Source: Candidatus Poribacteria bacterium
GTDB lineage: Bacteria > Poribacteria > WGA-4E > WGA-3G
NCBI GenBank assembly: GCA_965205015.1
Contig: OZ242029.1
Coordinates: 4,352,001-4,416,000, forward strand
Reading direction: 5' to 3'
Length of the DNA stretch: 64,000 bases
Positions within the stretch are counted from its first letter, which is position 1. Each line of letters starts with the position of its first letter. Below are positions 1-10,218 of this stretch, in pieces. The notes beneath the pieces are model-generated. The model had not been told where the DNA came from. It saw only the letters and a program-made list of their open reading frames with translations, and did no database searches. The position numbers were made by a program, and so were the translations under genes.

Positions 1-105
1 TGCTTCTCCTTCTTTTGCTTTTATTTTGATGATAGACCACTGCTATACTTTAGGAATATTTTAACAATTATACCTTAGTTTCGTCCATAAAGCAACCCAA
101 AAAGC

Positions 106-1452
106 CAGGGGTATTTAGTTTTAAGTTTTGTCACTGTATGAGTTTAACTGCGAGTTTAGGTTTTGCAGCGAAAAATCGCAGTGTTTCCGCAATTTTTGTG
201 TGTCCGTCAAAGCGTAAGAGAGCCAGGGCAGTGTTGCGTAGGGCAGCCATGACTTGTGGGAGTCTCCCTGTTCTTGCTTGTGAAGCGTCCTCCCCGAGGA
301 CGACATCTCGCACCCAATGGACTTTGTTTTCTATCGTCCAGTGTTGGCGTCGGAGTTTGAGCAAAGTTTCTGCGGATGCGTCTTGTGGTGTAAGACTCGT
401 GATGCCATACTGCGTCTGGTAGGTAGTCTCGCCTGTTTTGGTATTCTCCCGCTTGGATTGGTATTGATACACTTGTGCGAGTCCTGGCCAGTTGATATAA
501 TCCGTCAAGAGTGTGCTTGCTGTTAGCGTGCGTGTGGTGATAAACCCGTGTGATGTTTCAACGTCTGTGTGGGTATCAAGGTGTGCGTCTGCCTCGGTGT
601 GTAGGTTCTGAAACCGTCGTGCTTGGACGTGTGGTGTGTCTGTCTCCGAAAGCGGTTCAAAGAGTTCGCGAATGTCGTGATACATCTGTTTGTGATTCTC
701 TTTGACGGGCATTGCATAGTTTGCGTGATATTTGAGAACCTCTTTACAAAAGGTTCTTTGGGTCAAAAGTGCATCTGTTGTTATGACTTTCCCGGTGACA
801 TCAAAGGTTTTCAGAAGTTGCGTTGAGATGGGGATCTCATTTGTTTTTCCACTGACAGCCCGCTGTGTAAGGGTAATCCCTAACTCATGAGAGACAGCGG
901 AGAGTAAATGTGTGCGGTATCGGGTTTCTGGGTCTTTGGAGCCACATAACTCTTTGCCATCTATCGCCACCCCTTGTAAATCCTGTGTTTTCAAAACTTG
1001 AAGACTTTCAAGTTTTGAAAACACCCATTTCGTGAGTAAGGCTTCGAGACTCACGACGTCAAGACGCTTCAAAAGATTATGAAGCGTTCCAGCACACGGG
1101 GTCTTCTCTGATTTGAAACCTAACGCTTTTGCCAGGGCCCCTTGATGCCGTGCCCAAGTCGCTATAGACGTATACCCTTTATGATTCGACATTACACCGA
1201 TGACGAGCAGCGCAAGGATAGACCCCAAGTTGTAGCGTTTCCCTTTTTTATGGCGTGGATCCGGAACTTCTGCTAATATGTCAAGTAAGTGGCAAGAGGA
1301 ACTTCTTGTCATGATTCACCTCAAAAAATGTGATGGTTTTTTACGGTGAAGTATAGCAGATACAGCGGGAAAAGTCACGCTGTATCTGTTTATTTTATAA
1401 TATTAACAGATGTGAAAAATATTACGAAAAAACCGAAAACTGAATACCCCTG
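106..1452 (-). mobile_element. Complete ISAs1-family insertion sequence (1347 bp)
   Basis: 17-bp terminal inverted repeats with 1 mismatch (CAGGGGTATTTAGTTTT at 106-122; AAAACTGAATACCCCTG at 1436-1452), flanked by a 9-bp direct repeat CCAAAAAGC (97-105 and 1453-1461); encloses one transposase gene. Confidence 0.93.
131..1312 (-). CDS. ISAs1-family (H-repeat) DDE transposase
   Basis: 393 aa; DPR..KGKRY N-terminus, AIDGK, KTNEIP, TTDAL and HWTIENKVHWVRDVVLGED motifs typical of ISAs1. Confidence 0.93.
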   Translation of the reverse strand: MTRSSSCHLLDILAEVPDPRHKKGKRYNLGSILALLVIGVMSNHKGYTSIATWARHQGALAKALGFKSEKTPCAGTLHNLLKRLDVVSLEALLTKWVFSKLESLQVLKTQDLQGVAIDGKELCGSKDPETRYRTHLLSAVSHELGITLTQRAVSGKTNEIPISTQLLKTFDVTGKVITTDALLTQRTFCKEVLKYHANYAMPVKENHKQMYHDIRELFEPLSETDTPHVQARRFQNLHTEADAHLDTHTDVETSHGFITTRTLTASTLLTDYINWPGLAQVYQYQSKRENTKTGETTYQTQYGITSLTPQDASAETLLKLRRQHWTIENKVHWVRDVVLGEDASQARTGRLPQVMAALRNTALALLRFDGHTKIAETLRFFAAKPKLAVKLIQ

Positions 1453-1465
1453 CCAAAAAGCGGTA

Positions 1466-2570
1466 TTATTTCCGCTGCGCCTTCATTTTCAGGTAGCTTT
1501 CGATGAAAGGGTCTAAAGCGCCGTCCAATACGGCATTGACATTACCTGTTTCGACGTTCGTGCGGACATCTTTGACGCGTTGATAGGGGTGCAGAACATA
1601 CGATCGGATCTGGCTCCCAAAGTCAATATCTAAGCGTTCGCTTCGCTGTTTTGAAAGTTCTGCCTCCTGTTCCGCACGATATTTCTCATGAAGACGGGAA
1701 CGGAGTAATTTCATAGCGATTTCTCGGTTCTTATGCTGCGAACGTTCATTCTGGCATTGCACGATGATTCCGGTGGGTTTGTGTGTAATTCGAACTGCTG
1801 AGTCCGTGACGTTGACGTGCTGTCCACCCGCACCGCTGGCGCGATAGAAGTCTATGCGTAAGTCTTCAGGTTGAATATCCACTTCCACGGTGTCGTCGAT
1901 TTCTGGGGTCACGTCAATAGCAGCGAAGGAGGTATGCCGCCGCTTGTTGAAATCGTAGGGGGATAACCGAACGAGCCTATGCACGCCCGCTTCAGCTTGC
2001 AAATAACCATAAGCCGATGCGCCTGTAACAAGGATCGTGGTTCCTTTGATGCCGGCTTCGTCTCCCGAAGTGAGGTCTACAATTTCGGTCTGATAGCGGC
2101 GTTGATCGCACCAACGGAGGTACATCCGCATCAACATCCCCGCCCAATCCTGCGCGTCAATCCCACCGGCACCGGCATGAATGCTGAGGATTGCGTTGTT
2201 CTCATCGAACTCGCCCGTTAGCATTAAGCGGAGTTCCATCTGTTCAAGATGTTGTGTAACGGTGTTCAATCCGTCGACAATCTCGGTTTGTAGACTCTCA
2301 TCGTTCTCTTCAGTCGCGAGTTCGATCAGGGTTTGGATATCTTCAATTTTGAGGACGAGGGCTTCGTACGCCTCAACCTCATCTCGGAGAGTGGCGATGC
2401 GTTGGTTAACCTTTTGAACGCGTTGCGTATTGCTCCAAAAATCAGGCGCAATTGTCGCCTCTTCAAGTGTTGTTAATTCTTTTCGCTTTTCAGCCAGGTC
2501 AAAGATAACCTCCGAGTTCTTGGAGGCGGACGTGCCTCTCTTCAACCTGGTTTTTTAAATCTACAAGCAT
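1466..2570 (-). CDS. prfB: Peptide chain release factor 2, expressed through a programmed +1 frameshift
   Basis: GGQ motif (GAGGQHVN), SPY at the SPF position, RRHTSF. True start ATG at 2570 behind GAGG; 23 codons then CTT-TGA-C (2504-2498). Confidence 0.95.
2498..2513 (-). promoter_or_regulatory. prfB +1 frameshift site (internal SD GGAGGT, then TAT CTT TGA C)
   Basis: Minus strand reads GGAGGT TAT CTT TGA C, the canonical RF2 autoregulatory slippery site. Confidence 0.93.
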
Positions 2571-2588
2571 ATTATTCCTCGTGAATCC

Positions 2589-4229
2589 TTAAGAATGTCT
2601 ACGACGCTTTGATATTACGATGTGACTGCCGAACCCCCCAACGCAAATAAGTGCGCAAAGGATAGGGAACCAATCGCCGTAGCGGGTATAGAGTGTTTGT
2701 TTATGTTCCGTAGAAGAAAGAAGTGGAACGGTTGCGATGAGAATTTCCTGAGCGGTATTCGGTGTAATCAGTGGCGTCGTTATCCTACCGAATTTGTCTA
2801 CGACGCACGTAAATCCACCATTTGCGCATCGGAACACAGCAATGCGGTTCTCAATCGCGCGGAAAGGTGCCATCGATAGATGCAGTTCAGGGAAAGCAGT
2901 CCCTTTGAACCAGGCATCGTTCGTGAAGATTCCCATCACGCTGGCACCCATTTTTACGGGGCTGCGGAATTCATCTGGAAACACCGATTCAAAGCAAATC
3001 GAAGCACCGACCTCTATCTTCCGGGTGTTTGTCTTATTTTTAACGTCAAACACCGGTAAAAGGTTTACTGTTTTTCCGTGAGCGAAGGGTTCAAACTGGA
3101 TAAAATTGGGAATAAAATCCGGCAAGAGGTCCGCCAGAGGTACGTATTCCCCAAACGGAACAAGATGCATCTTCGCATAGTCCCCGTGTATCTTTCCATC
3201 TGGTGCTATCGACAGGACGCGGTTGTATATTTTCGTATCTCTTTTTTTCCCACTTTTGGAAAATTGACCGATCGCTGTATCCGTTTCTCCCGTGTTGGCT
3301 GTGCCGAGGAGTATTGGAATCCCTATATCCCGAAGCATCTGCGAGAATCTTCTGTAATAGGTGGGCCACTCGCCTGTCAACGCCCTGCTTCGTGTTGCAG
3401 TTTCGGGCCATACAATCAATGCAGGACCTGCTTCGCTGGCTTTATGCGTCAATTCGATATAGCGTTGCAAGATCTTTGGAAACTGACGGAGATCCCACTT
3501 CTGAAGTTGTGGAATGTTGCCGGGGATGAGCGCAACTTTTAAGGTCTCAGCGTTTGTTTGAGACGTTGCGTTTGTGCGTTTGTCTAAGGGGGTGGCATTC
3601 TGGAGTTGGAGAATACCGTAACCGAAACAGAAAAGCGTTAGGATGAGCGGCAAAACGACGGTGCGAATTTCCTGTCGCCAGTGGTGGCGGTTACACAGCA
3701 CGGTGGCAATGCTGGCATTGAAAAACACGATGACGAAACTGATACCGTGGACACCGACAAGCGAGGCTATCTGTATTCCAGGTAGGTTGTTCCATTGTGA
3801 ATAACCGATACTTCCCCACGGAAACCCTGTTATCAGCCAACTCCGGACCCACTCCAATGCTGTCCAGATACATGCGGCAGACAGAGAAAATAAAACGCTG
3901 GAACGCCTCGGTACAAAACGCATCAGCACTGCGAAAACAGCGAAATAGAGTGCCGTGTATCCCACTAATAGCAGGTACCCTACCAGTGTTGCAAAGATAT
4001 TCGCATACGGATAGAGCAGAAGAATGGCAGGGAGCAGTCCTGCGAAAAACAGAAAACCTGTTAGGTAGCCGATCCAAAAAGCAGATTTCCAGCCTGTTGC
4101 GCGCGTCAGGGCAATAAAAAATGGCACCATCGCGATCCAAGCAAGCGGAAAAAGATTTAAATTTGGGAAGCTGAGGAATAGCAACAGTGCTGAAAGTGCT
4201 GCAAGTATCCAATGTTGGTAGCGTTTCAA
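2589..4229 (-). CDS. lnt: Apolipoprotein N-acyltransferase
   Basis: N-terminal TM helices, GFPWGSIGYSQ, VWPET, K.HLVPFGEYVP, ICFES, TNDAWF and RAIEN nitrilase-fold motifs. Confidence 0.93.
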   Translation of the reverse strand: MKRYQHWILAALSALLLFLSFPNLNLFPLAWIAMVPFFIALTRATGWKSAFWIGYLTGFLFFAGLLPAILLLYPYANIFATLVGYLLLVGYTALYFAVFAVLMRFVPRRSSVLFSLSAACIWTALEWVRSWLITGFPWGSIGYSQWNNLPGIQIASLVGVHGISFVIVFFNASIATVLCNRHHWRQEIRTVVLPLILTLFCFGYGILQLQNATPLDKRTNATSQTNAETLKVALIPGNIPQLQKWDLRQFPKILQRYIELTHKASEAGPALIVWPETATRSRALTGEWPTYYRRFSQMLRDIGIPILLGTANTGETDTAIGQFSKSGKKRDTKIYNRVLSIAPDGKIHGDYAKMHLVPFGEYVPLADLLPDFIPNFIQFEPFAHGKTVNLLPVFDVKNKTNTRKIEVGASICFESVFPDEFRSPVKMGASVMGIFTNDAWFKGTAFPELHLSMAPFRAIENRIAVFRCANGGFTCVVDKFGRITTPLITPNTAQEILIATVPLLSSTEHKQTLYTRYGDWFPILCALICVGGFGSHIVISKRRRHS

Positions 4230-4266
4230 ATTTTTAATTTTACCTTGTTTGTAGATAGCAGGAAAA

Positions 4267-6456
4267 CTAAAAGAGGTCTGTTTTCAACAGGTATGAGACT
4301 TTGATAAACACAATACGCTCAGTGTCTCCTTCGACGTTACGGTTGTCGTTGTAGACGATAAAAAGATTGCTTTCAGGGCGATATTCATAGGCAAATAGAG
4401 CGAAGACTCGCCGTTCTCTCTCGATGGTGAATTCTGCACTGGCTCTGGCATACATACGCTGCGCAAACTGATAGTTCACGACAAAGCGACGCGTCCATTC
4501 GGAGAGTTCCCATGCTGTGGCATCGGGTTGTTTTTCGTGGAGTCGCTGCAAAATGAACTCAAAACTGAGTTTGGCAGTTGGACGAATTGTGATTTCGGGG
4601 CGGATAAAGAAAATATTTTTGTCATTACGTAGACCGAAGTTCCCGGTGTTTCGGATTTGCACATATTTCGGTGGAAACCACCCGATGAAGAAACGAGCGG
4701 TTCTGTCCTCATATAATTGATCGTCGTCATCGTCAATGTGATTGTACCATTCAGGTCCGATGAGGAAAAAGAAGTCGTAAACCCCGAAGAGTCCACTAAA
4801 ACCCGCCCTGTGATTTGTGAGTTCACCTGCGTGGTTCGTGAGACGTTCATATTCGACTTCACCGCGAAGTCGTTCAATAGCCCCTTTATACTGTTTATTA
4901 TAGCGACTTCTGATCATCACTCCACGTCTATCCACGCGGGGGACGAATCCTGTTTCAGGGTTAAAGTACTCTCCGATATCAGCGTAGATCGCATCGACTG
5001 AGAATACATTTGTCCGACGGGCAAGTTGCACGAAAATCAGGTCATCTTCGGTACTCTCTGCCATATCCAGACCACCGGCTTTCCATTCTCTTGCATACTC
5101 CAAATTAAGACTCGTAGCGGCGGGCAATTGGATGCGGGCATCAAGTCCGCCAGCCCGATCGTACGTGGCACCGCGCTGTTTGTTAACGCCTAAAAATCCG
5201 ACGGATGACGTTTTACCGACTTCCCGTTGTAACCGAAAAACGGAGTAGTTATAGTTCGCGAGCGGCAATTCACCTGTCTTTATTTCTCTATCAGGATTCT
5301 CCGGTCCCGCGACGGCTCCCACGAAAGCGAGATTGTACTTACTGAATTTTCCGATGACTTTTCCACCCCCGAGCAGTGCTTCGGCTTTTCGGCTGTAGAA
5401 CAGGTCAAGCGGCATTTGAAAGAGTTCGTTGCCTTCAAGGAAAAACGGGCGTTTTTCAGGAAAACGGAGCGGAATGTCGGTGAGATTCACGAGGTCAGGA
5501 TCCGCCTCGATTTGTGCGAAATCTGGATTTAGTGTTAGATCAACAGTAAAGTCTCCAATTGGATACCGGAGGTCTAACCCAGCGTCCGGTTCCAGAGCCG
5601 TTGATGTTTCACCATCTGCCGGTTGCAGGAGTTGTGGTCTGAGTGTGGCATAGGGTTTGAACTTCGTAGGTCGTTTGGTGACCAATCCAGAAATCGGGAG
5701 GTCTGTGAGATGTCCAAATTCTGAGACGGCGTATTGACGGTCCCCCAAATCTGCCCAGGTCTGTTCTTCGGCGGGGGATTCGTCGTTTCGCCAAAAGTTG
5801 ATGCCCCAGGTCGCTATTTCCATTCCCTTTGAAAACCGGAGTTCGGCAAACGGAATGGCGAATTCTGCTGTCCAGCTGTCTGTGCCTATTGCGGCTTGCC
5901 CCTGCCAGTCGCAATCCCACGAGATGGCGGTGCCGATCCTGGATTGACCCGTCCGCCTGTTCGAGCCTTCATTAATTAAGCGCCGGTCGGTTTGTGTACC
6001 GAGTGGGTTTAGAGCGAAGGCATAACAGTTTCTGCCGTCAAGGAAAGTATCGATGAGAATTTCGACGTGATCGTCGGAGAAGAAAAAGGAGTCGCGCCGC
6101 GTCAGATTCGCAGCGAGATTGTCCATGTTGGTTTTAAAGCATTCAAATGCGACATAGAGATTATTGGCATCGTAGGCGAGGTAGATAGTGGTTCGCTGCG
6201 TTGCGGGTTCACCACGCTGCGGTTCAAATTGGATGAGTTCACCGGTTTTGGTGCTATTTTGCCAGCATATATCATCTAATGTTCCGTCAATTTTTGGAGG
6301 TGTTTCGGTGCGTACTGCTTTAATGACGCGATTCTTGAGAATTTCGGGTGGTGCCTCATTGGTGTCTGCAAGCAATACTTTAAAGCCGCACAAACAAAGG
6401 ATGAGGTAGACTGTTAGTATCAAATACGGGCTAAGCCGTGCCCTAATTGTTCGCAT
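4267..6456 (-). CDS. Secreted/outer-membrane protein, CBM9-like plus DUF5916-like
   Basis: Signal peptide; PKIDGTLDD, WTAEFAIPFAELRF, DLTLNPDFAQIEAD and EKRPFFLEG motifs; C-terminal Phe. Confidence 0.75.
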   Translation of the reverse strand: MRTIRARLSPYLILTVYLILCLCGFKVLLADTNEAPPEILKNRVIKAVRTETPPKIDGTLDDICWQNSTKTGELIQFEPQRGEPATQRTTIYLAYDANNLYVAFECFKTNMDNLAANLTRRDSFFFSDDHVEILIDTFLDGRNCYAFALNPLGTQTDRRLINEGSNRRTGQSRIGTAISWDCDWQGQAAIGTDSWTAEFAIPFAELRFSKGMEIATWGINFWRNDESPAEEQTWADLGDRQYAVSEFGHLTDLPISGLVTKRPTKFKPYATLRPQLLQPADGETSTALEPDAGLDLRYPIGDFTVDLTLNPDFAQIEADPDLVNLTDIPLRFPEKRPFFLEGNELFQMPLDLFYSRKAEALLGGGKVIGKFSKYNLAFVGAVAGPENPDREIKTGELPLANYNYSVFRLQREVGKTSSVGFLGVNKQRGATYDRAGGLDARIQLPAATSLNLEYAREWKAGGLDMAESTEDDLIFVQLARRTNVFSVDAIYADIGEYFNPETGFVPRVDRRGVMIRSRYNKQYKGAIERLRGEVEYERLTNHAGELTNHRAGFSGLFGVYDFFFLIGPEWYNHIDDDDDQLYEDRTARFFIGWFPPKYVQIRNTGNFGLRNDKNIFFIRPEITIRPTAKLSFEFILQRLHEKQPDATAWELSEWTRRFVVNYQFAQRMYARASAEFTIERERRVFALFAYEYRPESNLFIVYNDNRNVEGDTERIVFIKVSYLLKTDLF

Positions 6457-6662
6457 TGGTTTATGTCTTCAGAGCCTCCTTTTGGTGTCAATCTATGTTA
6501 CGATTTTAGCGTGCATCTATTTTTCTGTCAACATCAAAAAGGAGAAGCAATATTTTTTTGCCGCTGTAAATGTAAACCAAATTAAAGCGATTTGCGTTAT
6601 TGCTCATGTTGTTATATAATATTAGATAGCACTGCTTTTGAATCAATGAATGGAGGAATTAA

Positions 6663-7787
6663 GTGTACTTTCTTATCCGCAAAATCTTCAGACTGCTTTT
6701 ATGTCTTGTCATCCTTTTTCCAGTGATGGCTTTTGCAGGACCCGGTCGGACAGGCGCGCAAATCTTGAACCTCGGTGGCGGCGCGCGGGCGCGAGCACTC
6801 GGCGACGCGTTTTCTGCGATGTCGGGTGATGTAACCACGTCGCTTTGGAATCCAAGTGGATTGGCAGACATGCCCGACAGTAAATTTCGTTCGGGTAGAA
6901 AAGCATCACAAGCCTCAATGTTTTATACGGACTACAGCGCGCCTTTTGGAGAAGCAGGAGAAGGGTTGTACTATACTTTCATCTCTGGCGCGATGCCCCT
7001 CGGCGATGTCGGAACTATCGGTGCGACACTCCAGCTGCAGGGACAAGGCACAATCGCCGTAACAACCGATTCTCCCGATATCCTTCGCGAGGAAAGTCTC
7101 GGCACCAACTTTGCGTTGACATTCTCATACGCCGATCGCATTACTGAGTCCTTATCAGCAGGGATCAACGGTAAAATGATTCGGATGGTCCTTGGACGCG
7201 AGAGTGGAAGCTCGTATGCTGTTGATTTGGGGATGCAATATCTCCTGCCCTTCGATCCTATCCCGACGACACTCGGTGTTGCGATTCAGAACGTTGGACC
7301 CGGTATCTCTTTCATTGATGAAAACCAAGCAGATCCGTTACCGCGGTTCTTGCGAATTGGGACCTCTATGAGCCTTTACCGTGCGAAGTATCACCACATT
7401 CGCCTCGTGAGTGGTGTCACAGCCTATATCGATAAATTGGCGGAGGATGAAAACGAATTAGCTGTTGATTTGGACCGGCTTAACGCCGAAAGAGAGGAAA
7501 AACTGACCCGAGAGCAACTCCTTTCCGATCGAGGGGTCGGTATCCGAGCACTTGAGTGGCGACACCTTCAAAAGAATCTCGGTTTGGAGTACTGGCTCGG
7601 TGGTACGCTTGCATTTCGTGTTGGCTACAAGTCGGAACCCGGCGTTAACTTACCGGACTTGGCAGATTACATTACTGCCGGTGTAGGTGCCCGATGGTAT
7701 CTATTCAATATTGACTTTACAATTGGACCGAGCTTTGGTCCAAGCCGCTCGCGACTCTATGAAACCACTTTGATGTTCATCTTTTAG
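6663..7787 (+). CDS. PorV/UPF0164-like outer-membrane beta-barrel protein
   Basis: Signal peptide; GAQILNLGGGARARALGDAF..WNPSGLA N-terminal motif; terminal Phe. Confidence 0.7.
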   Translation: MYFLIRKIFRLLLCLVILFPVMAFAGPGRTGAQILNLGGGARARALGDAFSAMSGDVTTSLWNPSGLADMPDSKFRSGRKASQASMFYTDYSAPFGEAGEGLYYTFISGAMPLGDVGTIGATLQLQGQGTIAVTTDSPDILREESLGTNFALTFSYADRITESLSAGINGKMIRMVLGRESGSSYAVDLGMQYLLPFDPIPTTLGVAIQNVGPGISFIDENQADPLPRFLRIGTSMSLYRAKYHHIRLVSGVTAYIDKLAEDENELAVDLDRLNAEREEKLTREQLLSDRGVGIRALEWRHLQKNLGLEYWLGGTLAFRVGYKSEPGVNLPDLADYITAGVGARWYLFNIDFTIGPSFGPSRSRLYETTLMFIF

Positions 7788-7804
7788 AAGGGAAACAACA
7801 AAAA

Positions 7805-8623
7805 GTGAAATCTAAGACCCAAATTTTAATAATCGTGCTGATGTTATGTTTAGCGTCCGGTCTCTGTGTAGCATCCGAAGGTTCCCGCGCGCCACTATTC
7901 ACAACTTTTTATTTGGATTCTGCACTTGGAAGCCGGACGCTTGAGAATCAATCCACTGTCGTTATGGAGGCAACCCAAGAGTTCCAGCCCCAAAAATCTC
8001 CAAACGAGGCGTTCCTGTATTCACTGGTTATTCCGGGTATGGGACAACTCTACACAGGCGCAAAACGCGGTTATCTCTATGCCGCTGCAGACGTTGTTTT
8101 GCTGACAACCTATTTTGTTCTACGAAACAATGCTTCAAACACTCGGGAAGACTATCGCGATGTCGTCAGGCAACACGTTACTTTTATCGGTCCGGGGTCC
8201 TTTGAAGATTGGGATCCTATAGAGGATTTTGAACACGCCACACAATACGAAACATGGAATCATGTCTACGATTCCGACCAGACACGGGCGCGTACTGGTA
8301 AATGGTACTGGGAAGATCTCGATCCAAATTTAAAAAACGAACCAGACTTAAACATCGACTTCGACTCGCAATACCGCTTGGAAGCGTTTGACTTACGGCA
8401 GAAAGCAAACGACACTTTTCAACTCGCTCGCACAATGTTAGGCGTGGCGATTTTAAATCACGTTGTCAGCGCGGTGGAGGCGCGGATTTCGACGAAGCGT
8501 TTCAATACCCGTTTGCAAAGGACACTCACACAGGCACGCGTCAACGGTCTTGAAATAGATTTACAAACAGACATAGCGGCAGGTGCACCCGTAGGGGTAC
8601 TTGTCCTACGGAAAAGGTTTTAA
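7805..8623 (+). CDS. Hypothetical exported/membrane protein
   Basis: 272 aa, signal peptide, KSP..A.LYSLVIPGMGQLY motif. Confidence 0.6.
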   Translation: MKSKTQILIIVLMLCLASGLCVASEGSRAPLFTTFYLDSALGSRTLENQSTVVMEATQEFQPQKSPNEAFLYSLVIPGMGQLYTGAKRGYLYAAADVVLLTTYFVLRNNASNTREDYRDVVRQHVTFIGPGSFEDWDPIEDFEHATQYETWNHVYDSDQTRARTGKWYWEDLDPNLKNEPDLNIDFDSQYRLEAFDLRQKANDTFQLARTMLGVAILNHVVSAVEARISTKRFNTRLQRTLTQARVNGLEIDLQTDIAAGAPVGVLVLRKRF

Positions 8624-8733
8624 TTTTACCTTGCGGAGGCACAACGTGCGTTTCTCAAATCCGTCCTCCATTACATTACTACATTACGGATTACGGACTT
8701 TGAGATTATCTTAACAGAATAAGGGAGAACTCT

Positions 8734-9672
8734 ATGCCATTAGAACTATCAAATCTTTTGGAGGCACTCAATTCGGTTACTGCGATTCCGATTGTTCCTT
8801 TCGATGGAGACACAATTGATTACACCGGACACGCCAAAAACATTGACTATTTGATGCGCAACAACTATCTTGACGAAGGACGACAGCGTGTCATTGCCAT
8901 CGCTGGAACGAGTTTGATCCATCATATCAGTGAAACTGAGCAGCTTCGGCTCATCGACCAAACCGGACGACAAATAGGGGATACTGGCATCCTTATGTCG
9001 GGTATCGTCCCGAATCCTATCGGTCAAGCCGGTCAACTCATTGAAGCGCAGTCTGAACTTCATAAACCGCCAGATGTGTATCTGCTCATGCCATTAACGG
9101 GAATCTCCAGTCCAGAGGGTATCTACCAACAGTACATGGCATTCGGTGAGAAATATGGAACCGATTGTGGGGCGCGCTTTCTCTACTATTTCCGTCAGAA
9201 ACGCGATTTAGAAGCCGTCATTCGTCTCCTGAACGATTCACCTCATTTCGTGGGTGTGAAGGTCGGGACAGGTGAAGAGGACGTTGTACCGCTCGTCGAG
9301 GGGGTTGGGGATAGCGGGATTGTGATGTGGGGTATCGGGGATAGATGTACCCGTCCTGCCCAACTCGGTACGAAAGGACATACCTCTGGTATTGCGGTAG
9401 CCTTCGCGCGTGCCTCTGACGAGATTAACAATGCCCAACGCCGGGAGGATTACGAGACCTCTGCCCGCATTGAAGCCGACATTGCCCCGCTTGAGGAGAT
9501 TCGTTTCATGAACGAGCGCGTCTACAACTATTCTGCCGTTGTTGAAGCGATGATCTTAAGCGGTTTCGACGATATTGCCGCTGGAACGGGGGGTCCATTT
9601 AATCCACGTGTTCCCTCAGAAATTCAGGAACACCTTCGCACGGTGATGCACACGTTGAAGCGTTACCATTAA
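8734..9672 (+). CDS. Dihydrodipicolinate synthase-family (class I aldolase-like) protein
   Basis: AIPIVPF..DTIDY, catalytic GVKVG Lys; RBS AAGGGAG. Confidence 0.75.
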   Translation: MPLELSNLLEALNSVTAIPIVPFDGDTIDYTGHAKNIDYLMRNNYLDEGRQRVIAIAGTSLIHHISETEQLRLIDQTGRQIGDTGILMSGIVPNPIGQAGQLIEAQSELHKPPDVYLLMPLTGISSPEGIYQQYMAFGEKYGTDCGARFLYYFRQKRDLEAVIRLLNDSPHFVGVKVGTGEEDVVPLVEGVGDSGIVMWGIGDRCTRPAQLGTKGHTSGIAVAFARASDEINNAQRREDYETSARIEADIAPLEEIRFMNERVYNYSAVVEAMILSGFDDIAAGTGGPFNPRVPSEIQEHLRTVMHTLKRYH

Positions 9673-9804
9673 AATGCTTTGACAAAAGCTATGATTTTAC
9701 GCTAAAATAACTTAAACTGCTATCGAAAAGGTCATAGACGTCTGAATACAAAGTCTTCTCAAGCGAAACATACATCACTCTTCAGTTTCGCACAGGACAT
9801 TGGA

Positions 9805-10188
9805 TTGACAAACGCAATCATCTTTATCGGGGTGGTTGTCAGTTATCTTTTCACCGCGCCACCTGTTTCGGTCAGCAGTTTCTCCGAGCGACTTCGGTTG
9901 ATAGTCGCTGATATAGGTGCCGTGATCCCGGCAGCATTTTTTGTGACATTTGCGATTGATGTAGGAGGATCGTCACTCATGTTATTCTGGAATTTGATGA
10001 AACGCGAGTTAAATAAATATGACGCTAAGCTTATAGAACAAGGAAGAACCGAGGGCATAGAACAAGGAAAGACCGAGGCCTACCAACAGATAGCCGAATG
10101 GAACGCTCGACGCCTTGAGGCGGCAGCAAAAGGTATCCCTTTCGATGAACCCCCACCGACACAAAACGGGGATCAACCGAACCCATAG
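9805..10188 (+). CDS. Hypothetical membrane protein
   Basis: Two hydrophobic segments, IEQGxTE duplication, C-terminal WNARRLEA..FDEPPP; start uncertain; TTGACA/TAAAAT promoter-like boxes at about 9679-9708. Confidence 0.55.
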   Translation: MTNAIIFIGVVVSYLFTAPPVSVSSFSERLRLIVADIGAVIPAAFFVTFAIDVGGSSLMLFWNLMKRELNKYDAKLIEQGRTEGIEQGKTEAYQQIAEWNARRLEAAAKGIPFDEPPPTQNGDQPNP

Positions 10189-10218
10189 TTCCCTCAACTG
10201 TAACGAGAAGCACTGAAC

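Noticed and set aside
2505-2545. ORF-track N-terminus MKRGTSASKNSEVIF of RF2
   Set aside because: Artefact of the +1 frameshift; the real start is at 2570
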